A stretch of 64,000 nucleotides of DNA, taken from the NCBI GenBank assembly GCA_003225215.1, contig QIBC01000002.1, forward strand, positions 6,589 through 70,588. Reading direction: 5' to 3'. The notes beneath the pieces were generated by a model that had not been told where the DNA came from, did not search any database, and was given only the letters and a program-made list of their open reading frames with translations. This document shows positions 46,630 to 54,580 of the stretch, one piece after another; positions within the stretch are counted from its first letter, which is position 1; every line of letters begins with the position of its first letter. This DNA is from Acidobacteriota bacterium. Its GTDB lineage: Bacteria; Acidobacteriota; Terriglobia; Terriglobales; Acidobacteriaceae. A program made the translations under genes and the position numbers.

Positions 46630-47265
46630 ATGAAACGCATGACACTGGCGGTCCTTGCAGCCCTGTTGATGATTGCATCCACATCCTTCGCTGCGACACA
46701 GGCTGCAAACACAAATACCGTGGCTCCGACTCTTAACATTTCAGCCACTATACAGAAGGCTGTCTCGCTCACATTGGCGACTGGCACAACCGGCGGTGTT
46801 ACTCACTGCGCTGTGGTTGCGTCTGGCGGCGCCTCCGACTACACGATGGACTTTGGCACAGTGGATGCGCTCGGAATCAACGGCGGTAATTGCAACAAAT
46901 TCAACCCGGCAACGCCTGGCGTCACCGATGCGATCTATTGGACCGACTATCAGGTGACTCCGGTTTTCACTTCGCACACAGCAGTTTCGGGAACGACCGT
47001 GACTGCCCGGGTGACTACGGATTTTGCAGCTCCGCACAACATTTACGTCGTGCGCGACACCGCGAACTCCAGCACAGTTCCCGCAGGCGTGGGTAGCTTT
47101 TCGGCAATGGGCACAGGCTCAGCTGACACTGTCGGCGCAGCCGGTGTAGCGAGCGGAACTGCATTGACACGATTTATCGGTGTGGCGGTAAAGCCCGATA
47201 ACGGCGCGACTGTGCTGCAAGGAGCTCAGACCGCAACTGTAACGTTCACGTTGACTGTGCAGTAG
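46630..47265 (+). CDS. secreted single-domain beta-rich subunit (putative major fibre/pilin-like subunit)
   Basis: AGGAGA RBS 9 nt upstream. Signal peptide MKRMTLAVLAALLMIASTSFA. The mature part is Thr/Ala/Gly/Val-rich and ends ...ATVTFTLTVQ. It is homologous to both halves of the next gene product. Confidence 0.6.
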   Translation: MKRMTLAVLAALLMIASTSFAATQAANTNTVAPTLNISATIQKAVSLTLATGTTGGVTHCAVVASGGASDYTMDFGTVDALGINGGNCNKFNPATPGVTDAIYWTDYQVTPVFTSHTAVSGTTVTARVTTDFAAPHNIYVVRDTANSSTVPAGVGSFSAMGTGSADTVGAAGVASGTALTRFIGVAVKPDNGATVLQGAQTATVTFTLTVQ

Positions 47266-47273
47266 GCATGGGT

Positions 47274-47299
47274 TTTCCGGTTTCCCCAAAAACCGGAAA
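47274..47299 (+). terminator. intercistronic hairpin right after the putative major-subunit gene (possible attenuator)
   Basis: tttccggttt-ccccaa-aaaccggaaa forms a perfect 10-bp stem. It lies 9 nt after the stop and 6 nt before the next ATG. Confidence 0.45.
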
Positions 47300-47304
47300 C
47301 TAAA

Positions 47305-48459
47305 ATGCCAGCAATCTTCCATGATCGCAAGAATGCCACGCACGCAGCCGCCAGACGAATATGTAGGGTGCGGCGTGGCTTCTGGTGTTGCTGGCCTTCT
47401 GCCGTAATTCTCTCTCTTGCCCTCACGCCTTCCCTGTGGGCGGCTCCCAAATTAAAACTGGCAACCTCCGGTACCGGGTTCACCGTCGCAGGGGTCAGTC
47501 CGGCTTATACAGCTTCGTTTGGCAGCATGAACGCGTTGGCGTTTGGCGCCCCGGCTACCAACGTTACAGCCACAGCTTTGTCGAATGGGGCTCTTTACTT
47601 CACCACGTTGACGGCCAGTGTTCAAGCTATCGGCGGAAATACAGGTGTTGTGAAGGCGTACGTCAGTACGAACTTCATTGGCAACGCTGCGTCGGCGATG
47701 ATTGTGTATGGGTGTGCGGCTCCGTCGGCCTGCACGAGCTCAGGTCAATTTTCCGCATTGGGAACTTCACAAGCTGGCGCAACAACTCTTGCGTCGGGCC
47801 TCAATAACGGGTCGAGTTCCGCCAATGTCGGTTTGGCGATCTTTCTTCCAGACAATAATGGCGCCTCGGCGTTCACCGGCTTGTCGGCATTGGGCTGCAC
47901 GGTGTCTTTCGATTTGTACCTCAACGGCAGCAACACGGTAAGCGACACAGTTACGCTGGCGCTCATCAACGAGACCGTACAGAGCGCTGTGCAGCTCACG
48001 GTAGGCAGCGCTGCTGGCGGTTTGACTATTGGCAATGCCGGCGGTCCATTGCTGGATCCGTTCACGATGAATTTTGGGAACGTAAATGCCCTTGGAATCG
48101 GTCCGTCCGCCGGCCTAACTACCGTAGCGCAGGCAGGCGGAATTATCTATTCAACGCCCTACCACGTTCTGCCCGTGTTTACCGATATGAGTCAGACGAG
48201 CGCTACCGTCAAAGCGTGCGTAAGTACCACTTTCACTCATTCTGTGATCCTGTCTTTGAAAGATTCCACGACCGGATCCGTTGGTTCATTTTCCAATATT
48301 TCTACAAATTGCGGTGCAGCCACATCACTCACTTCTTCGGCTGGGGACCGTTCGACCGTTGCCAGGTACCTCGGCCTGTTTGTCTCGAACGTAAACGGCG
48401 CAACGGCCTTTACTGGGCTCGACAACGCAACCCTGACTTACACCCTGACGGTGCCGTGA
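47305..48459 (+). CDS. secreted two-domain paralog of the subunit (putative tip/adaptor subunit)
   Basis: Signal-like WCCWPSAVILSLALTPSLWA. It has two tandem copies of the subunit fold. Each copy contains an FG-x-(V/M)(D/N)AL-(G/A) motif (SFGSMNALAFG, NFGNVNALGIG) matching MDFGTVDALGING in the preceding subunit. The second copy ends ATLTYTLTVP. Confidence 0.6.
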   Translation: MPAIFHDRKNATHAAARRICRVRRGFWCCWPSAVILSLALTPSLWAAPKLKLATSGTGFTVAGVSPAYTASFGSMNALAFGAPATNVTATALSNGALYFTTLTASVQAIGGNTGVVKAYVSTNFIGNAASAMIVYGCAAPSACTSSGQFSALGTSQAGATTLASGLNNGSSSANVGLAIFLPDNNGASAFTGLSALGCTVSFDLYLNGSNTVSDTVTLALINETVQSAVQLTVGSAAGGLTIGNAGGPLLDPFTMNFGNVNALGIGPSAGLTTVAQAGGIIYSTPYHVLPVFTDMSQTSATVKACVSTTFTHSVILSLKDSTTGSVGSFSNISTNCGAATSLTSSAGDRSTVARYLGLFVSNVNGATAFTGLDNATLTYTLTVP

Positions 48460-48461
48460 AC

Positions 48462-49283
48462 ATGAAGACCTCTCCCAAACTAGCACTCTTCGCACTCTTC
48501 ACATTAGCAACCACGATTTCCGCAGCACAATCGATCGGCCTAGCGCCCGCTCAGATCGTTAGCGACTTCAAGCCTGGAGTTGCATTCGAGCAAGAATTGA
48601 GCGTTGCCAACAACGGCGGCGATGCGGTCGAGCTGCACGTCCAGATCACCGACTTTTGGTACAACGAGAAAAACGAGAAGGTCTTTGGCGCGCCCGGAAC
48701 CTCGCCGCGCTCGGCGGCGAATTGGATTCAGTTTGTTCCGGAAAAATTCACGGTCGCCGCAGGCAAATCACAGAAGATGAAGGCGATCATTACGCCGCCT
48801 GCGGACGCTCGCGGCGGTTATTACGCCGTTCTGTTCGTGGAATCCAAGCCGGTCATTACTAACAAAGAGACAGAGGACGGCAAGCGCGTCTTTACGAATA
48901 TGCGGATCGGCTGCCTGGTTCTGCTCGCGGCCAAGAATAGCGAAGCCTACAACGTGAGCGTGAACGAGTTAAAGCTCGTCCCGCCAGGCAACAATCAAGC
49001 ACTCACGCTGAGCTTCCTGCTCGACAACGAGAGCAACACCCACGTATTTCCTATGGCGCGTCTGGCGATCTTGAATCCCGATCACAAGCTGGTGGCGAAA
49101 TCGGAGAGCGAGCTGAAGCGCTTTCTGCCAGGTCAGAAAGATTCGATGAAAGTTGAGTGGAATGGGGACCTGAACCCAGGGGACTATACGGCGGTGCTCT
49201 CGGTCATCTACGGCGGCACTCACGTGGAAACACGGCAGATCGCGTTTACGGTTCCAGCAAGGACAGCAAGTAACAGCAAATGA
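48462..49283 (+). CDS. periplasmic two-beta-sandwich protein in chaperone position
   Basis: It starts 2 nt after the previous stop. Signal peptide MKTSPKLALFALFTLATTISAAQS. The strand pattern (QELSVANNGGDAVELHVQI ... FTVAAGKSQKMKAIITPP) is reminiscent of PapD-like or Ig-like chaperone folds. The family is not recognised with certainty. Confidence 0.5.
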   Translation: MKTSPKLALFALFTLATTISAAQSIGLAPAQIVSDFKPGVAFEQELSVANNGGDAVELHVQITDFWYNEKNEKVFGAPGTSPRSAANWIQFVPEKFTVAAGKSQKMKAIITPPADARGGYYAVLFVESKPVITNKETEDGKRVFTNMRIGCLVLLAAKNSEAYNVSVNELKLVPPGNNQALTLSFLLDNESNTHVFPMARLAILNPDHKLVAKSESELKRFLPGQKDSMKVEWNGDLNPGDYTAVLSVIYGGTHVETRQIAFTVPARTASNSK

Positions 49284-52200
49284 CGGTTGCAAGGAGGACG
49301 AGTAATACCGCGAAAGCAGTGTGTCTGCTGATCGCTGCCCTATTCGTGTGGGTTCCCAGGTCAGTCGCGGTTGAACCGGCCGTTCCTTCCAGCGTCGATG
49401 TGTACTGGCAGTCCACCCGCACCATCGCGGCTCCCGGTGTGACCAGCGTCATCGTTCTTGACGAGGAAATCGCTCACGCACAGCTTGGCAATGACGCCAT
49501 CGAGTTTGCCGGTCTTTCACGCGGAGACACAGTTGTCTTGGCTTACGTCGATGGAAAGCCAGTCAGCATCGTCGTCCATGTGATCCCGCATCCGATTCAG
49601 GTTGTCCCACCGAGTCTGCAGCGTCGCGAAGCTGAGTTCGCCCACGGAGTCTTCGGATCCGATGTCCAGTTCTCCAGCGCTCAGAACACTTCCAACGTAG
49701 CGTTTCTCAGCAGTCTGGGATGGTCGCAGCAGGTCGGCGACCACTATCTGGATTTCAGCAGCCAGGTCGAGGACAACACACAATTCGGCGGGCATGAGGC
49801 CAACCTAAGAACAGCAGCCATCAGCTATCGCACTCCACACGTCATGGTGAATGCGATTGACTTCAACCAGAGCCTCAGCGGCGCGTTGGGCGAAGACCGG
49901 GTCAACAACTTCTCGACACCCAGCATCATGCAGTTGCGTGGTGGAGCGGTTACGTTCGACGCCGGCAAGAACGAATTCTCCCTCTTTGCTGGAGCTACAA
50001 TTCCGTATTACTTTCTCTCGTTAAACGCCACGCGCGACGTTGCCGGTTTCAGCTTTCATCGCCGGCAGACAAACAAACTGAACTTCTTTGGCAGTACGAG
50101 CTATGTGAATATTCCTACCAGCCTGCCCACCGGAACCGTTCAGCGCCGCGAGTATGCAATGCAGAACCTCGGCGTTAGTTACCGGCTTGGGCAACGATTT
50201 CTCGTGGGCGCGCAAGGGGGAGCAAGCAATCGCGGCGGCATGCTTCGCGGGGATCTCTCCTACAGTTCATTCCGTTTCTCCGGATACGCCAGCGTCATCT
50301 CCGCTTCGCAGACGTTTCCTCTAAACCAGTTGCAGTCGCTTTTCTCGGGAACTTCCTCGGTCAAGGGTGGGTTGAGTTATCGATGGAACTCTCGACTAAC
50401 GCACGGCCTTTACGTCGATCACTCAACGATTACTCCTGGACTCATTTATCGGGTACGCGGAAGCAATGACTACCTCAGTCCGTCAGCAGCATTGAGCTTC
50501 CAATTCAGTGTTCGCGATTCGATCAGTCTTCCCATAAAGGGACAGTCACTCCTGCTAGGCGTGGAACATGATCGCGTGAACCCCTCGCTGATTACCAAGT
50601 TGAACCAGGAGCTGAATTTGCTTTCGCCGCAATTACAAGCTCAGTTCCTGGCTAATCCGGCAGCATTTGTCGATTCCACGAACTTTCCGCCGGAGATCAA
50701 GGCTCTGCTAGCGGCCGAGCAGCCGATCGGCACTACAGTTTCGGCCTCTACGACGATTGCTTTGAAATCGAAGCTGCGGTTCAGTCCAAATGTCTCAGCC
50801 ACCTACGCTTCCAATGGCGCGCTGGCAAACACTTGGACACAATCGTTTGGGTATTCGCTCGTTTATCAATTTCGGCCAGACTTGCAGTTCCGTTCTTCAC
50901 TCAGCAACGTTTTGTTGTGGGACGCCCGCCAGAACAGCACGTTACGAACGACAATTCTTTCTGTTGGCTTCCAGAAGAACTTCACTGCCGCTCCAGGGAC
51001 GCTCCCATTGTTCCATCGTGGGCGCATCATCGAAGGGCATGTCTTCCGCGATAACAACATCAATGGCGCCTTTAATGCCGGGGAGCCTGGGCTGCCCGGC
51101 ATCGATGTGCGGCTTGACGATGGACAAGTGGCAACAACCGATGCGGAAGGTCGATATCGATTTACTGGTTTGTCAGCCGATGAACACCAGATCTCGGTAA
51201 ACCTGACGCAATTCCGGCAACCGGTGCGCATGACCACGCGCAGCGAAGCCACCGCCGACCTGATTCAGCAGCACATTGTGATAGAGAACTTCGGGATTCT
51301 CGACTTCGCGCGGGTGATGGGAAGCATCTACAACGATCTTCGCTTCGAGAATCGCCGGCAGCCTGATTCGAAAGGACTGCAGGGAATCGGACTGCTACTG
51401 GAAGGCGGTAAAGAAGCGAGGACAATACAAACCATCGCTTCCGGAGACTTTGAATTCGACAATGTACCGCCCGGCGATTACAAGCTATCGCTGGATGCGG
51501 CTTCGTTGCCACCGAATTATCTGGCTCCGACCGATTCCATTTCGGTCCATGTGAGTCCAGTCTCAACCGTGATAGAGGACCTTCCGATGCGCGCACTGCG
51601 TTCCATTGGGGGGCGGGTTCTCCTCAGAGTTCAAGACGATGTCGCAGCGAATTCGGCCACGACACTCAAGCAAAATCGCGCCCCGTCGGGACACTCACAA
51701 TCCAGCCCGGAAAAGGAAGAACCAGAAATGGTCCCTGTAGCTGGGGTCCGGGTAACGGCGGGACCATCTACAGCGACTACGGATAAAGAAGGCAAGTTTC
51801 TGCTACGCAATTTGCCGGCGGGCGATCTCAACGTTTCCATTCGGCCAGTAAGGTCAGTGCCTGCAGGCATCAATATCCCGACGGGCAGCGTGAAGCTGCC
51901 ACCAGAGCCGATTCAGATTCAAGGCGCAACCATCGTTGTCACCAACGCAGAGTTGCTCCCCTACCTCACCGACGACATGTTGAAGGCGCCTACAGCACGG
52001 GGACAGCAAGCGATCGCATCCGCGTACACGCGTGCCCATGAGCGAGACAAGCAACAGCCATCTGTGGGTGTGACAGTTTCAAGTGCACCGCAGCCCAAAT
52101 CACCCTCTCCGACGCAACCGCCTTTGCAGCAGAAACAGCCTCCGATGCCGCCGGTGACGAAGACGTTGGTCCCAGCCCAGGTCCAACCGGTCACCAAGGC

Positions 52201-52375
52201 ACAGGCGTCAACTGCCGCGACAATCGCACCGCCGGTTGTGCGAAGCGGCGAACAGAAAACCATTTCCTACGACGCGGTCAGTCGAGCCATCTGCCAATCG
52301 ATGCCATCGCTCGGCGAAGCCGCTCAATGCTTCAATCAGCTAAAGCGGACCGCAGCTACGAACTCACAAAAGTAA
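49280..52375 (+). CDS. 1031-aa outer-membrane protein with usher-like topology
   Basis: ATGA overlap with the previous gene, then a signal peptide. The domains run in this order: secretin/CpaC-type N-domain, beta-barrel-like region, three prealbumin-like domains, P/Q-rich tail. The N-domain pattern is at aa ~35-105 (VYWQSTRTIAAPGVTSVIVLDEEIAHAQLGNDAIEFAGLSRGDTVVLAYVDGKPVSIVVHV). The barrel-like region is ~470 aa and rich in Y/S/G/R/F. The three CarboxypepD_reg/Cna-B-like modules are GHVFRDNNINGAFNAGEPGLPGIDVRL..DAEGRYRF, ..GDFEFDNVPPGDYKL and ..DKEGKFLLRNLPAGDL. Confidence 0.55.
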   Translation: MTVARRTSNTAKAVCLLIAALFVWVPRSVAVEPAVPSSVDVYWQSTRTIAAPGVTSVIVLDEEIAHAQLGNDAIEFAGLSRGDTVVLAYVDGKPVSIVVHVIPHPIQVVPPSLQRREAEFAHGVFGSDVQFSSAQNTSNVAFLSSLGWSQQVGDHYLDFSSQVEDNTQFGGHEANLRTAAISYRTPHVMVNAIDFNQSLSGALGEDRVNNFSTPSIMQLRGGAVTFDAGKNEFSLFAGATIPYYFLSLNATRDVAGFSFHRRQTNKLNFFGSTSYVNIPTSLPTGTVQRREYAMQNLGVSYRLGQRFLVGAQGGASNRGGMLRGDLSYSSFRFSGYASVISASQTFPLNQLQSLFSGTSSVKGGLSYRWNSRLTHGLYVDHSTITPGLIYRVRGSNDYLSPSAALSFQFSVRDSISLPIKGQSLLLGVEHDRVNPSLITKLNQELNLLSPQLQAQFLANPAAFVDSTNFPPEIKALLAAEQPIGTTVSASTTIALKSKLRFSPNVSATYASNGALANTWTQSFGYSLVYQFRPDLQFRSSLSNVLLWDARQNSTLRTTILSVGFQKNFTAAPGTLPLFHRGRIIEGHVFRDNNINGAFNAGEPGLPGIDVRLDDGQVATTDAEGRYRFTGLSADEHQISVNLTQFRQPVRMTTRSEATADLIQQHIVIENFGILDFARVMGSIYNDLRFENRRQPDSKGLQGIGLLLEGGKEARTIQTIASGDFEFDNVPPGDYKLSLDAASLPPNYLAPTDSISVHVSPVSTVIEDLPMRALRSIGGRVLLRVQDDVAANSATTLKQNRAPSGHSQSSPEKEEPEMVPVAGVRVTAGPSTATTDKEGKFLLRNLPAGDLNVSIRPVRSVPAGINIPTGSVKLPPEPIQIQGATIVVTNAELLPYLTDDMLKAPTARGQQAIASAYTRAHERDKQQPSVGVTVSSAPQPKSPSPTQPPLQQKQPPMPPVTKTLVPAQVQPVTKAQASTAATIAPPVVRSGEQKTISYDAVSRAICQSMPSLGEAAQCFNQLKRTAATNSQK

Positions 52376-52467
52376 GTGTGAGGGGTTTCAAAGAACGCCC
52401 TGCGAATCGCAAAGCTTCTGCCCCCTTGAGTCTTGGACTTTTGCTGCCTACATGCCGGCAGCAGCCG

Positions 52468-52682
52468 CAGCATTCCCTGCTCATTCCCTGTTATTTTTTT
52501 GGATCCGCGCAAAAATAGCTCTAAGTCCTTCGTTCATTGTGGCTTGCAGAGAAATCCACAGGATTCCCTGTTATTTCCCTGGTTTTGAACAAGATTTGCA
52601 GATTTTGGGCAGAATTCGATAACTTTGAGGTCTAATTCGAAACTATCACTGTAATTTACGCTGTTGTTTTTCTTTTAGCTGC
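52468..52682. repeat. dispersed ~200-bp intergenic repeat, copy B
   Basis: See copy A. It starts with tandem cattccctgct/cattccctgtt and contains ggattccctgttatttccctggttttgaa...attttgggcagaattcgat. Confidence 0.8.
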
Positions 52683-52851
52683 GGCTTAGGCAGGATTCAC
52701 CGGAATCACCACCGTTCCGGCGAAGTAAAAAGGCAGCCTTCCAACCCGGCGCTACGGGATGTGCCCTTCAGATCCACTCTCGCTTAGGTTGATTTCACAT
52801 GCGTCCTCGCCGAAACGGCACAGTGCTTCCGTCAATTGAAATAAAACTCGC

Positions 52852-53211
52852 CTACTGAGCCACGACGGTAACGGTTTCGAGCACGGCTTCAAAATTTTCC
52901 CTCTGCTCCTTATCTGGGAGTGAAAGCGGCTCTGGAGCGAGTTTATGTCTATCGATCTTCACATCTAAAGTGGGAGTTGGCAGCGTCACAGAGTTGACGT
53001 CAGTGGGGGTCAATTTCAGCGGAGTCGGGCTAGGCACAGCATCGACAACTGTGACCTGGATATGTAATTCGGCTTGTGCGTGCGCATCCGCTGAAGATAG
53101 CTCTACAGGAAGCAGAGCGATGCCCAAAATGGGAGCTGCCAGGGCAAGGCTCCTATAAGAAAAATAGCGTCGCGATAAATTGTGCAACTGCATACTAGCC
53201 CCCGAACACAA
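52852..53211 (-). CDS. hypothetical secreted protein
   Basis: Signal-like SLALAAPILGIALLPVELSSADAHA followed by a Pro/Thr/Val-rich beta pattern. No family recognised. Confidence 0.4.
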   Translation of the reverse strand: MCSGASMQLHNLSRRYFSYRSLALAAPILGIALLPVELSSADAHAQAELHIQVTVVDAVPSPTPLKLTPTDVNSVTLPTPTLDVKIDRHKLAPEPLSLPDKEQRENFEAVLETVTVVAQ

Positions 53212-53407
53212 CTACCATAGGGGGAACCGCCTCGAGCGCAAGAAGGTCAATGAAGCTTGACGTTTGACGAGTCCGCGGACCGAGGCCGGGAAACTTATCA
53301 CAAAGGGAGCAGCGAATGGAAGCCGAGATTGGGCCGAGAGCAACGATCGCCGCAGTCGACTCAGCGAAGCTCCCACCTCTCGCTTTTCACAAAAGGTGGG
53401 AGCAGCG

Positions 53408-54076
53408 TTAGTCCTTCAACGAAACAGTCATGTTGTCGACGTACACGTGGTATGGAGAGCTATTCCCGTCCAGATCGACCTGGAAGGCATTGGTTAGTTC
53501 TAGGCCGTTTCCAGTGAAGAGAGCGTCGTGAGTGATGTTGACCGGATATGTGACGCCGTCCACAGTAACGGAGTCGTGAATCACTTGCGTTCCCGACGCG
53601 TGATAGATGGCCATGATGTGGTGCCAGGTGTCCGGAGCAAAAGGCTGGAACGCTATTCCCGTACCCTCCCAATGCTTCGTCGTGTAATTGAACACGCGCC
53701 AGGATTTGCTGGCGTAGTCAGCTTGCCAGGCATAGTTGTAGGTATATCCGTTCGAGTTCTGCTGGCACTCGAATTCCAGAGCCTGGGGTGCGCTCGCATA
53801 CTGCGCCGGAATGTACAAATCAAACTCGTAGCGCAGGTAGCTCATTGGGTTGGGCACCCTAGGCTGCTCGATGAAGTAGTAACCGCCTGAAAAGGCTGGG
53901 CCCCCGGTGATCCAGAAGTCAGCCGAACTGCCACTCAGCGCCGGACTCGCGATTCCCTGGGTTACGTCGTAGACAGGACCTTGCCCAGTGCCACCATCGT
54001 TGCCGCAGCCGCCACACGTCTGCCATCCCTTCTGGTTCTGGATGTTGGAAATGATCGTTGTTCCCGGCGGGGGCAC
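53408..54076 (-). CDS. concanavalin/LamG-like beta-sandwich domain protein, probably 5'-truncated
   Basis: The domain sequence is Trp/Tyr-rich (YLRYEFDLYIP...WHHIMAIYHASG...VYVDNMTVSL). The only start is GTG 54074-54076. The same frame stays open upstream and encodes an S/T/P linker (SGTSASSSSGSTTPSTPAPAPGVNGTAPVPPPG) with no start codon or signal peptide. Confidence 0.55.
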   Translation of the reverse strand: MPPPGTTIISNIQNQKGWQTCGGCGNDGGTGQGPVYDVTQGIASPALSGSSADFWITGGPAFSGGYYFIEQPRVPNPMSYLRYEFDLYIPAQYASAPQALEFECQQNSNGYTYNYAWQADYASKSWRVFNYTTKHWEGTGIAFQPFAPDTWHHIMAIYHASGTQVIHDSVTVDGVTYPVNITHDALFTGNGLELTNAFQVDLDGNSSPYHVYVDNMTVSLKD

Positions 54077-54412
54077 TGGCGCGGTCCCGTTGACGCCCGG
54101 AGCGGGGGCTGGGGTAGAGGGTGTGGTGCTGCCGGAACTGGATGATGCTGAAGTGCCCGAACCGATTAGCTGGCTTGTCGTAGTACGCGGGACTAGTAGG
54201 TGGGTTAAAGAATTCGTCTTAGGTGTGGGCTAGTACTCTAGAGGCAAAGACACTGTTAGATGAGCTGAGCGGCGGCTACCTGTGTGCCTTCCGCCGAAAC
54301 CCGAGGTCTGTGACGGACGCATCTCCTCGGTTCCCGCGTGTGGCCGTTAGAGAACCTGCAGTTCCGCGGTTCATATCCAGCATTGAATCGAGAGCTCAGC
54401 AGTAACTAGTCA

Positions 54413-54458
54413 GTTTGGGCAGAATTCGATGATTTTCCGATTGAATTCGAAAAATCCC
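54413..54458. repeat. partial copy C of the dispersed repeat (3' half only)
   Basis: gtttgggcagaattcgatgattttccgattgaattcgaaaaatc aligns with 52603-52647 (ttttgggcagaattcgataactttgaggtctaattcgaaactatc). Confidence 0.65.
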
Positions 54459-54580
54459 CGGTTCCTTTCCCTCTTCTTGAAAGCGAACGTGAGTCCACAG
54501 AGTGTGCAGGTCTTGTTGCGAGACTTGACGCGTTGACGCTGCATCCAAGAGTCTGTTCATCGAGGTTTTTCCCGATCGTC

